Below, in pieces: positions 1 through 11,505 of a stretch of 41,729 nt of DNA (position 1 is the first letter of the stretch; the number at the start of each line of letters is the position of its first letter). Source of the stretch: Basidiobolus heterosporus B8920 (Eukaryota); assembly GCA_000697455.1 (NCBI GenBank), contig JNET01029041.1, positions 1-41,729 on the forward strand, in the 5' to 3' direction. The notes below the pieces were generated by a model. The model had not been told where the DNA came from. It did no database searches and saw only the letters and a program-made list of their open reading frames with translations. The position numbers and the translations under genes are program-made.

Positions 1-150
1 TGTAGGCGACTAGATAGCACACAGCAACGTGCTCATATGTTGTCATATGGTAGATCCCAATCTCATGACCTCTTGCCTGAAGCCGGACAGAGCCAATCAA
101 TTGATGTTCCGGAGGGGTTGGCCTCAGCAGGATACCTCACAACGCCGTGA
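1..150 (+). CDS. Possible 3' end of a gene entering from the left edge
   Basis: Frame 1 is open from base 1 to TGA at 148-150 (CRRLDSTQQRAHMLSYGRSQSHDLLPEAGQ...LTTP*). No recognisable motif, so it could be chance. Confidence 0.2.
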   Translation, partial: CRRLDSTQQRAHMLSYGRSQSHDLLPEAGQSQSIDVPEGLASAGYLTTP

Positions 151-412
151 ACAGAAATGATGGTGCAAAGCAGGCGTAGCGTGTTAGTTTGAATGGTGTT
201 GATGCATTGCAAATCTACAACTAACGCTCACTACTGATGAAACAATACAACGCTACTTGCATTTTTTGACAAGAAATCTACGGATTTGGGCAATTCAGGG
301 GCAGCAACATTTGGTGTAACATCTTGGTCCCGTTATTCAGAAGATCCAAATTCACTCCGCTGCAATATTTTCCTTATCCATCTTGGTGTATAAAACTATT
401 GGCCATAATACG

Positions 413-420
413 ATGACTAA
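413..420 (+). promoter_or_regulatory. Gcn4/CpcA-like element (ATGACTAA) upstream of DAHP synthase
   Basis: One mismatch from TGACTCA, about 200 bp upstream of an amino-acid biosynthesis gene of a class known to be under general control in fungi. Confidence 0.25.
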
Positions 421-621
421 TTCTTTATCTTTCTTACTGAAGTCCATCTGTAGCCGTGATTTTTTTCAGTAATTATCAAATTGGCCATCATATCATTAAG
501 GAGACAACGGGATATACATATTGGCTGTATATATTTGGGCTGCTCGCTGAAAGGTCACTAATTATCCTCCGCGAATTCTTTGACTATTACATAGAGATTT
601 GTATATTTTTATTCTCCTACA

Positions 622-1772
622 ATGACCTTTGAACAAACAGACGACCTCCGCATCACTGGGTATGACCCTCTTCTACCCCCTCAAATTATCCAACAAGAGC
701 ACCCTTTAACTGAAGAAGCGAGAAACACTGTCCAACTGGGCCGCAAGAAGGCAACCGCTGTCTTAAAGGGTGAGGACGATAGAGTCCTGGTAATTGTTGG
801 ACCTTGCTCCATTCACAATATTGAAGCAGCTAAAGAGTATGGTTAGTATTCCCTACACTTCTGTCATAGATAACTGGTTTATTCATACCAATATTTCACA
901 TAACAGCACAAAAGTTGAAAAATGTTGCCGAGAAGCATGACAATGAGCTTGTGATAATTATGCGCGCGTATTTTGAGAAGCCTCGCACTACTGTTGGCTG
1001 GAAGGGCTTGATTAACGATCCATTTCTGGACGGAAGCTTCCAAATCAACAAGGGCCTTCGTATTTCTCGTCAATTATTGATTGACATCACCTCCATGGGT
1101 GTCCCTGTTGGTTCCGAGTTGTTGGATACCATTTCTCCGCAGTTCCTCGCAGACCTTATTTCTTGGGGCGCCATTGGGGCTAGAACTACCGAATGCCAAC
1201 TCCATCGTGAGCTTGCTTCAGGTGTATCTTTCCCAGTTGGATTCAAAAACGGAACGGATGGTAATGCTGGTATTGCTCTTGATGCGATTCGCGCGGCCTC
1301 TCACCCACATCATTTCCTTGGTGTCACGAAGCAGGGACTAGCAGCTATCACGAACACTGCTGGTAACGATACCTGTCATATTATTTTGCGTGGCGGAAAC
1401 ACTGGCCCCAATTACGAGAAGCAGCACATTGCAGGAATTCGTGAGGAATTACGCAAGACCAAGTTGAAGGAAGTGATCATGGTTGACTGCAGCCACGGCA
1501 ATAGCTGCAAACTTCATACTAATCAACCCAAAGTTTGCTCAAACCTTGCACAGCAAATCGCCAATGGGGACAATTCTATTGTCGGCTTAATGATCGAAAG
1601 CAACCTGGTCGCTGGTAGACAAGATATCCCCAAAGAAGGACCGGAATCCCTAACCTATGGGCAGAGTATTACTGATGCTTGTGTTGACTGGGATTGTACT
1701 GTGGAGATGTTGGATGGATTAGCCAAAGCAGTGCAGCAACGCAGAAGTTTACGTGCCAATGGAAACCATTAA
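622..1772 (+). CDS. ARO4: Class I-alpha DAHP synthase (phospho-2-dehydro-3-deoxyheptonate aldolase), 361 aa, 2 exons
   Basis: Exons 622-841 and 907-1772 (intron GTTAGT...TAACAG) join in frame. Motifs GPCSIH, KPRTTVGWKG, IGARTTE, GFKNGTDG, DCSHGNS, GQSITDAC. HHFLGVTK carries Gly at the Aro4/Aro3 specificity position. Confidence 0.95.
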
Positions 1773-2815
1773 ATACAGTAGTCTATCATTTTGCTTCTAA
1801 GCTACCTGTAACATTGGAATTGACATGTGAATAGCGCATCTTCATTTATAGTATATACATATATATTTAACTATAGTTTTTATCACTCGATTACCCGTGA
1901 TTTCAACTCTTCACACAACACAATAAACGAACTATTGTCGCTCACCAAGCTTGGCCATTTTCTTTGAGGTTATCCTGCATCAACAAAGACTGGCATCTTG
2001 ACATTAGTCTTTGACGGATTTAAGGTGGGTTGTACAGAATTTTCATTGATTTAGAGTTCACTTGTAACTGCAATGCGAAGGCGGCGATTCTATTGTATAT
2101 ATACTACAAAGAACTCTGTAAGTATCCTAGAATCATAATAAATCAAGCAAATATAATCGTTAGAGTCATTATAATATACCTGACTGGATAAAGCCGATTG
2201 TTTGAATTGAATTTTTCTTGGTAAATCAAGTTATTTACTGAAAAGGAACAATAATTATTACTTGCATGCCAAATACTACTTTTGTTTTGCCAGATGTGAT
2301 AGGATTACTTCTAAATAACGCCAATTGCAGTACGTCAAACGTTACATCTCCTTGAGCTGTCACCGTGTTAGATACGACAAGCAGGTGCATCATCACCATT
2401 TCACAATATCCAGCTCAATTTACATTAACCTTGCGTGCGTCATCTATTTGGAAGCAACCTATCTTACAAAGAAGAAATTGGGCGAAATTGAATACGAAAG
2501 ACGTAGTACAACATTTAATGCAATAAAGGTGCTTCGAGATTTTCACCTCAGTCTCAAAGTCAAGAAAAACTTGATTCTCTCCAGAAACGGTTATCTTATT
2601 CTGAGTCAGGTAACTTTGTAGTGATACGATTTTAATTGCTGCAACTTTACTGAATTGTCTAATATATTTTCAGTTAGATCACCCAGCATATTCTACAACA
2701 TATAAAGCATAGTCCCGTACTTCTTTATCTTACAAACTTTAGCGACTGATTTCTTCATCATACTAGTGCAGGTCACTTACAACATCTACTTTCTTTATCG
2801 AAAACTTCTCTAAAC

Positions 2816-3634
2816 ATGTGGGGCAAAAAGCTGATCACTCTAGCAATCGTTTCACTTGCATGTGCTGTCAATGTTCAAGGCCATTCTTACTTGACTGGGC
2901 CCGATCCACGTGTCAGACAAGGTCAATGTCGCCTCGATGGCAAAACATTTACCGGTTCAAATCCAAAGCAATGCTACGGACCATGCGAAACTACTGTCGT
3001 AACTCCCTTAAACAAACGTGCCGTATATCAAAGAGGCCAGCAGATCAGTGTCTCTTGGGCACGTAACAATCACCCTGGAGGGTTTGTTCGTATTGCCTTT
3101 GCGAAAACTTCTAAATCCAAGAGTGCTAGCGAATTCGACAAAAACGTTCACAAATATTCTTGCTATGAAGCTGGACCCGGATGTCGTGGTCAAGGCAGTA
3201 AAAACAACAATGACAAGTTAGGTAGCAACACCAAGAATTGTAATACTGCTATCAATATTCCGAAGTGGCTTGATGATGGTGAGTGGACTCTTCAGTGGTC
3301 ATGGTATGGCTCCATGCAAGGCCATGGGGACTTCTATTCTTGCTCAGATATTGTCATCAAGGGCGGACCTAAGGGTAATAGCCAAGGTGCTGCGTTTGAA
3401 GGAGGCGATCCTCGTAATCCTAGCAAGCAAGTTTGCGCTATTGGATGGGGTGACCGTCTGGGAGTTTGTAAATGGAACAGATGCTGGGATTCCAATAACA
3501 AGAACTCTCGTGCACCTTTCGAAAAGAAGGGATGGAACACAAATGTTGTCATCAACACTGTTCCTTATTCAAAAACTCCATTGAAAATGTTACCTGGACG
3601 TAATCCCAATACCAACAAGTCAACACCTTGGTAA
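2816..3634 (+). CDS. Secreted His-brace copper protein, LPMO-like, 272 aa, single exon
   Basis: Signal peptide MWGKKLITLAIVSLACAVNVQG followed directly by His (HSYLTGPDPR). Second His in NNHPGG. C-terminal WTLQWSW...FYSCSDI strands as in AA10/AA11/AA15-type folds. Multiple Cys. Confidence 0.75.
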   Translation: MWGKKLITLAIVSLACAVNVQGHSYLTGPDPRVRQGQCRLDGKTFTGSNPKQCYGPCETTVVTPLNKRAVYQRGQQISVSWARNNHPGGFVRIAFAKTSKSKSASEFDKNVHKYSCYEAGPGCRGQGSKNNNDKLGSNTKNCNTAINIPKWLDDGEWTLQWSWYGSMQGHGDFYSCSDIVIKGGPKGNSQGAAFEGGDPRNPSKQVCAIGWGDRLGVCKWNRCWDSNNKNSRAPFEKKGWNTNVVINTVPYSKTPLKMLPGRNPNTNKSTPW

Positions 3635-5106
3635 AATTGTCATGGATATTCAATTAGCTTGATTTCATTTGACTTTAATAAACGTACATTTCCAACCATT
3701 TGATGGCTCACAAATATTTCTGGAAACACAACTCTCAGGATGAAGAAATCGGCGTGTATGTGGCATACACAGCGATACTAAAGATTTGATGACTCCTATT
3801 TCACTATCAGGACCTACTGCTAATGCATTTCCTTGTCATCAAATCTAATTAAGGAGGGCTCGCCAAGGAGAACCAAGTTCAGGGATGCAACTTGAGCATT
3901 TGATTGTTTTTTGCCAGTACAGATCGAATATATTGAATATACACTCTTGGGTCAGGGAGACCAGTATATCAGATCGTTAGGAATCTTCTTTTAATGAAAC
4001 AAGATACAATTTTTATACATCTCGATTGATAAGCTTCTAGATATTCTTGGTTCAAATACCGTTTTGAATCCATTTTTCGATCCCTGAACACGATCAACCT
4101 CTTGGCCTATCATATAGGGATTTTCACACGGATGTAGGATTGATTTTATAGCAACACTGTCCTATGGCAAGAGACTATCTCAATTCAACTTGATTTCCTG
4201 ACAACATCTGAGAGAATTCATCCTAAAATATATACACATTCAGGTTGTGATTAGAATTGAGTTATGAAGGACAAATACAGTAAAACCAGTGCATGTTGGT
4301 CTGGAAACTCGCGAACACGAGATTCCATAGAAAATGGCTCGGCTGCAGTAGATTACCCACAGGTCGCACAAATATATGGTAGAGAAACGTTTGTGTCCAT
4401 TTGATGCTCAATCTGTAGTCTACAATCAATACTTCATGTTCACATTCTTGGGAGCATTCGTCGTTCTATTCCTAAGATTTGGCGATCATCAATGCTCCTT
4501 TCCCCCTTCGATAGAACTAATAAGTTTATTTTAATCTCGCGAGTATCCAAGCTAAAATCAAATAAACTGCATCCCACGGAAGAGTAATATGAGGGGGATG
4601 TCTTTTAAAGTATTGGTATGAAATCCACGAAATCCTACTCGAGACCCAATTTAATTCACAGACCACAAATGAACACAACACTGCTTATGAGATCAGCAAA
4701 TCTAAGGAGCTATTAATAGCCTTACAAACCACTACATCAATCCATTCACTGCTTAATCAGTCAAAATGGATTTATGTACCTCCTCAAGTGGCACAGCTTA
4801 AATTGAACTGGTATGGAGATGAAAGTGGGGGCTCAATATTGAGCTTCTACGGTAATTGTTAGTGAAAGGGCATGTTGTGGTTCCACCAAGCCATGACCTT
4901 ATATATGTATGATTGCCCTATCGTTCCTAGCCACTTATCACTTGGTATCTTTATCCATATATTCCCTTATTTTTCAGGCGCTTGGCCGTCCATACTCCCT
5001 CTCTTCTCCTTGCACCTTTAACATCGGTGCTTTCCTCCTACACCATCACCTATCGTGAGATCCTTTTATCATCGATTAGAACTTCTTTTTCACTAAGTAG
5101 CGTATC

Positions 5107-6384
5107 ATGAGATTGTCCGAAGTCTTGCAATCAGTTGTAGTTTTGGGATTAGCCGCTTCTTCTTTGGGCAACAACACCTGTAAGGTCCCTTCTCCCAAAA
5201 CTCACGTATCCTATCGCGCCTCCGGTCCTATCGTTCTTGATGGCAAACTTGACGACCCAGCCTGGGAGAAAGTCCCTTGGACTGATAACTTCGGCAATAT
5301 TCAGGGGCCTGCTGGTACACCCCCTCCTTCTATGATGAACACTCGTGTGAAGGTAAATTGAAATACCATCTATGAATTCGTAGCTAGTTTCTAAGTGATG
5401 TTTCAGATCATGTTTGATGAAGATTATATCTACGTTGGTGCCCAAATCGATGAAGAAATTATTCGTGCCAAGTCCGACTATTGTGAGGGCAAAAGTAAGG
5501 AATTTCAGTCTATCTAGATATCTTTCATATATACTAAAGTACTCTTAGAATGGGATGATAACGATTTCCAGTTCTATCTCGATGCTGACCGTACCAACAA
5601 AAATCTCAAGGTGATCAAGATGAACGCCTTGGGCCTGTACGAGTCTTTGATCTATGACAAACCCCCTAGTAGCAAGGGTGTTGGCAAGCCTTGGGATATC
5701 AAATCTAAATTTGAGTTCAAAGTATACACAAACGGCAAGGTTAACGACCCAAGATGGACGAAGGTCAAGGGTGGATTTTGGTCAGTTGAATGGAAGCTCC
5801 ACAAGAGCCTCCTATCCAACAAAGCTGTCAGCAAGCGTGATGTCGAAGGAGTTCCAGCATACCAGAACATGAATTTCTTGCGTACTGGTTACAATCCAAC
5901 CTCCGTATATCCTCTTCCTAACCAATCGAATTTCACCAGCACTGCCTCTTTGTTCTTTGGAATTCCAATGGTACCCAACATGCAGAGCATTCAGAAACGC
6001 CATCAGGTTACATCAAGATACCAATTCTCTTGGACCCCCCAATACTCTAATGATCCTACCGATTCTGATCTTTGGGGCCATGTTGAGTTCAAGGATACTA
6101 CTGATACCTCCGTTCCATTTGTTGAGGACCCCAACTACGCTACCCGCTATGCTCTCATCCAAGTCTACTATGCCCAGCAACTCTTTGCTTCCAAGAACAA
6201 TGGCAAGTACGCCAACATTTACTCAAAATTGAATATCGAATCGGACATTATCGGTAGATGCGTTCCTATTCCTAAGATCAAGGTTTCTAACGACTGCCTG
6301 AACTTCGATGCTTTCATCAAGAAGAGCAAGATGGTTGGCACCATTAATGACAGTCGTGAAATCAACTTCAGGGCTCAAGTTTAA
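5107..6384 (+). CDS. Secreted CBM9-like (DOMON-like) carbohydrate-binding protein, 389 aa, 3 exons
   Basis: Exons 5107-5352, 5407-5494 and 5549-6384 join in frame. Signal peptide, then IVLDGKLDDPAW..VPWTDNF.NIQG...TRVKIMFDEDYIYVGAQ...DNDFQFYLDAD...MNALG...WSVEW...WGHVEF, matching the bacterial CBM9-like sugar-binding family pattern. Confidence 0.8.
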
Positions 6385-7157
6385 CTTCATTTTTTGAAAA
6401 CCATTTTCCTTCACACTGATCGATCTCAAATGATATGAATCCCTTAATCAGTTTTTGTTTGCCTTAATTATGTATTACATCTTTGTGTCCTTTTTGATAT
6501 GTGGTCTTCATTCCATTACCATCTCATAAATGTATTCCCCAACATGGGGTTACTGCGTAACTCTTATCATTAAAGTTGATTTCAATCACCTACGATATTG
6601 GTGTATGTTGTGACTACAGGCCATGGTCGCCAGTTCTTGACCATACCGACTATATATTGATCTTAATCAATGATCCAGTGTCACAAGGATTTGTTTTACA
6701 TCATATAGATCTTGATCCTTTGGGCTGAGCCTTGTCTGCACATATTGAAGCCGGGTTACTTCTTATATATCCTATTGTAATGCATGAATCAGTTCATGTC
6801 AGACAATACATTACAATATAAGCGCTTACATAATAGTCACTGGTTGAAACAGAAACAATAAGCCATGACTCAGATATCAGTGTGACGTGGTTTGTCAGCA
6901 CGGATTTCCTTTTATAGACAGGAGCATACTAATTAAACTGATTATAAATCGTTAATAATGCATTAGGTAGGTGATACCTGTTTGCAGTATCAGTTTTTTA
7001 GTCCTCCTCCGTTTCATTAACTCACGATATGGATACATTCTAAATAAGGCCAGAATCTATGGTCTACTGCAGTTGATTTATTGCAAAATTTCTTAATCTT
7101 CTTATATTGGATTGCTCACGTTTATTAATTTCAACTTTGTATGCTATCACAAAGATT

Positions 7158-9906
7158 ATGCCCCTTCTAGAGAACACTTTACTCTACACGTTAGAAACTA
7201 TCAAAAAAGACTTAACCAATGGTGTGATTGAATTAGCTAAACTTAAACTGATTCCACTTGTGGATGCTTATCAGACAGTTTTCGAAGTTCAGGTTTGTTG
7301 TTTATTACTTTGCTGGACAATAGTTGGTTTTTGAAGTTAACATATGAATTTTTAAAGTTACTCTTACTTGAAGTCAGCCTTGCTGAAAGGAATTTTGGGA
7401 AAGCATTACAAGTTTTAACACACCTGTAAGTAATTTCCATTCTACTATAGACTATATATCAAACCACTAAACCTGGCTTTAAGACGAGTGAAGTACAAGT
7501 ACGAAGAAAAGTACAAAGAATTAGTGTGTCGTATTGTTCACTCCGCTTTAATTGGGTCAATCGAGGATTATGCAGGTATTTATTGGTGAAAATTAGTAGT
7601 AGGAGTTAAGTGAGTAGCCCACGTTCTCATACTTCTTTTGTTGGGAATATAGAGTTGTTTCGACTAACGCCTGGTAACCTGCAAAAGGAATTACTTATTG
7701 AAGCAGCAGGTATTACTACTTTGTGAATATATAGAGTTGTATTAAGTTGCTAATATTCTATATTTGAAAGCGCTTCACTCCTCGGCAAAACGTTTGTTTG
7801 ATGCCTCTCGTGTACTTGCATTCCTTTGTTACTTCTTTCCAGAGCTGACGTCTCAATATGGGGTACGCTAGTCAAATATGCATGTTTAGTCGAGTTCCTT
7901 TTTGACACTTTATGCTTTATCTCAGCCAGTTGCTGCTGACTGGGTGATTAGGGTGGAGAAAGAGAGTAATCTCTCAGTACCAGTAAACACTTATCGTCGT
8001 TTCTTCCGTAAGAACTTTTATAAGACTCCCTACCCAAAATTTTTATACTAATTCTTGTCTAGTAAACGGAATCTTACCTCAGATCTTTGCAAACAAAGTG
8101 AACTGTAGAGATCCAGAAGCCAAAGGGTTTAATTTAAACCACACCAACCAAAATACTATACCGTATGAGCTTTTGGTGGAATGGATGAAGCTTCATCAAG
8201 AGTACTATATCGCTCAAATTGAATGGAAAACGATGTATCAATCTATGGTGCATATTTTCAAGCAATGCGAATTTCTTCCTGAAGAATGGTAATTGTGCTT
8301 ATTCAGCAAACTAATCCACGTTGAATTGAAAGCTAAATGTTGGCAACATTTGTATTTTACAGTCAAATATCTTCCGTAGAGCCAGACCAGCATTCAAATC
8401 TCCTTTTTCCCGATACTCTCTTGGAGGCCGTTAACCTTAACAGATACAACTTGCCGAGCCATTTTAAATCCCTTTTCTTGACAACCTGTTTTGCCCAAAT
8501 ATGTTTTGAATACCAATCGTTGATTTTTAATCCGAGCAAACTCCAAGGTAAACCGAGTTTTCTCAATGAATACACTCAATCCCATCTAACCCCTGCCTTA
8601 GAATGCTCAATACCAGTCGGTGACTATAAACTGGACAAAGTCGGCAAAAAAGTGAAAAAAGCCAAAATCAGCAAATCCACAAAGAGCAAACAGAAACCCA
8701 AGGCCATGGCTATAGGCAATGCGGTTGATACGTCTGCTTCGATGTCTTCACCTGATGGTAAATAAGCCAATATCTTTTGCAATTTATTATAGAAGTCTCA
8801 ATTCTAAGTAACCTTGTATAAATAGATTGCATGAAAGTTACCGCACAAACCACAATTACTTTACGTAAAGCCCAGGAGCTCCTTAGTTCAATAGAAGGCA
8901 TAGATGGTGGCTGGATTCTGAAACAGATGGTTAATGACTGGTCTCTACCATTTCATATAGTAAACGGAATTCTTCTTTGCCAAGCAGATATTCGTTTGAT
9001 GGAGGTAAATATGAACCAACACCTTTCAAGTATAATACCTCATTTATCAAAAACATGTTTTGTAGAAGCGATATTCGGACTCGCATAATCTTTACTGTAT
9101 GTTATCAAATAGGTGTCAAGCTAGGTGGCAAAAGAAGAACGAAATTGTGGACGGAACCTCGGTCATATTTCATCCCCTGTATCATTCTCGACTACTCTAT
9201 TCACTTAGCATAACCAGTGACCACATGGGACAACGTAAGGTTCGAGCAAGCCAGGGTTCTTTTGAAAGTTTGATTGAGAACTTACTTGTTTTCTTAGATT
9301 GCTCGAAAATATCTTTTCCCAATTATATATTCAGGAATACCCTGTGAATTTAGCGATCTATGCCTTGATATAGAAAAGTCATCAAAGTTTCGACTTCGGC
9401 CTGCATCCGTATTCGAATTGTTGAGTCGTAGTATACAACATCTAATAACGTTATATGTAAATGACATCGAGCAAAATGGATACGATCACGATTTAGTAGG
9501 AGATTTTTTGGTTTTATTGCAGTTTGCGGAAGCGCAGCTGCCAGAACGACTTCAGTGGATTTCTGGTCTACTCATCCAAAATGGTTCTTTCATTTATCGA
9601 GAATTTTTCCACTTCGTATTTTCTGAGGCGATACTACAACAAATCTTTCAAGTCAGAAATCTCAATGATCTGTTTATATCCCTCTTGCCAGTGAAAAACG
9701 ACGATTCCTCTCCGAATCGATCAGAAGTATCTCAAGTCGAACAAAACCGTACTCTCGAAGCCCACCTACAGCTTGCGCTTGAGAAGACACCCAAAAAAAT
9801 GTTACTGCTACGGGAATTCTGCAAAAGGACTTACCTCCGGGATCAAGGAATACCAGTTCAAAAGTGGCAGCGTAATATACATGCAGTCATGGAATTCTGG
9901 AACTAG
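7158..9906 (+). CDS. INTS10: Integrator complex subunit 10 homologue, about 11 exons
   Basis: Hand-spliced through GT-AG introns: MPLLENTLLYTLETIKKDLTNGVIELAKLKLIPLVDAYQTVFEVQ|LLLLEVSLAERNFGKALQVLTHL|...ELFRLTPGNLQKELLIEAA|...FFPELTSQYG|PVAADWVIRVEKESNLSVPVNTYRRFF|LNGILPQIF...; C-terminal LVGDFLVLLQ...QNGSFIYREFFHFV...ISLLP...LLREFC. These are collinear with the human INTS10 blocks as I recall them. The start codon and some internal splice sites are approximate. Confidence 0.82.
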
Positions 9907-10213
9907 AGAGACCCGCTACTTTGTATATTCATTTTCTCAGAAAGCAATCTTTTAGTATGTAAATATACGAACAATCCATTTTTCTTGCTCAGATGGAAAC
10001 TACCTACTACCAATCAGTTTCAAGTCTAGTATATGAATAAATATTTTATATTGATGGTTCACAGCTTAGCCTTGGTCTTGGACCTATGATTTATTAGTCA
10101 GATTTCCACAAAAATAGTTATCTACATTAACAAGGCAGGAGGTAGGGTAGATGTTGGATGAAGAAATAGATAGCATGAACTCGTTATAAACGTGAGGCCA
10201 TCGATTCATCAAT

Positions 10214-11388
10214 TCACAAAGCAGCTTGAACAACTTGTCCACCCTCCCAAACTTCACCAGGGTTCAATTTGATGGGACTGGCTACAGTACCACATTCGAC
10301 GCAAATCATATTCTTGTACTCATCATCTCCAAAGTCTGCCATACCATTGGCTTTCTCCACCCAAGGGTTCCAAACTACAGTATCCTCCAGATTGTTTCTT
10401 TTGATCAACAATGCCTTTCCGTGGCCATCATCAAGTTTTAGTTCAATAGAGGTGACGTTTTTGTATACGCTATCTACTTCAGAAGCAACTTGAATGGAAG
10501 AACGTTCTTCTTTGGCTTCAGTACCCTTAACTTTGTCAGTGTACTTGTAGCCATGTAATCCGCTAACTGAGGCCTTGGTAACATCCTAATATAAATATAG
10601 CTTAACAAAGATCACCGGGTGGTGCTCAGAAAGTAGCTGAATTTGACTTACGGGAACCTGGAAGTAAGTATGAAGTAAAGTAGTGAAATCAAAAGATTTT
10701 CCACTATCGGGTGTTTCAGCATTTTTAACAGTTAAAGTGGTTTCCAGAGTATCCGCCTTCAAGGTAACAGTGTAAACCAATTCAAAAGCAAAGGGCCAGA
10801 TTTTACGGAAATCAGGACCAATTTGAACATCGTTCAAGCCTGAATGACCGGGAGATAAATTAATCCTGGACTCTTTGTTGGTTACGATGAACAATATGAA
10901 AACTTACCAAAACGAACTTTGACTTCATCTTCGGACCCGGCAACGGTTCCGAGCCATTGCCAACGAGTGATTCTAGCAAATCCGTGTTGTGGTAAACCAG
11001 AAGCAGGGTTTGGTGCTTCAGCTTTACCGAAGTTAGGGAAAACGAGTGGAATTCTGAGGTTGAAAAGCTTAAGTTCTATGATAATACATCGATTTGTATA
11101 AGGAAGTTCACTTACCCTCCTCGAATGGCTTTAGTACCGTTAAGGATGGCTTTTTGACTGAGTAGCAAGCATGGTTAGTTAGTCAGAAGGATATTGTCGT
11201 TGCTTTGAGAAGAAATACAAAACCAACCTAACAAAGAGTCTTTCGACATCCTTGACCTTCCAGCTTGTAACTGTGGCTCCATAGAGGCTGACAGTGGTAG
11301 TGGCACCTTCTGGGTGAGTCAAGATGATTTGGTCAGGTGAGCCGTCCTCGGCTTGTACAATTTTAACTGCTTTTCCGGACCAAGACAT
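10214..11388 (-). CDS. D-hexose-6-phosphate mutarotase / glucose-6-phosphate 1-epimerase (aldose 1-epimerase family, YMR099C/YeaD-like), multi-exon
   Basis: Spliced motifs LYGATVTSWK, KAIRGGIPLVFPNFG, QHGFAR, WPFAF, LHTYF, VVWNPW, CVE. Confidence 0.92.
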
Positions 11389-11492
11389 ATTTTAAATAGG
11401 AAGGTTTTGTAGAGCGTACAAGAAACTTATGTCGACTTCGTTCGGCACGGAAAGCTTGTTATCTATTAAATACGATGATTATCGTCACTTCT

Positions 11493-11505
11493 CAATCACG
11501 TGAGG
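11493..11505. promoter_or_regulatory. Extended E-box CAATCACGTGAGG (bHLH site)
   Basis: About 105 bp upstream of the epimerase ATG. The identical 13-mer occurs at 22713-22725. Confidence 0.45.

Noticed and set aside
157..237. Box C/D snoRNA-like arrangement (ATGATGG...CTGA) with an imperfect hairpin
   Set aside because: Box C is mismatched, there is no terminal stem, and no rRNA-complementary guide is recognisable.
2325..2621. 98-aa ORF upstream of the LPMO-like gene
   Set aside because: TTG start, no motif, and it lies in probable promoter DNA.
9124..9132. Perfect Rpn4 PACE motif GGTGGCAAA
   Set aside because: It lies inside an INTS10 coding exon, not in a promoter.
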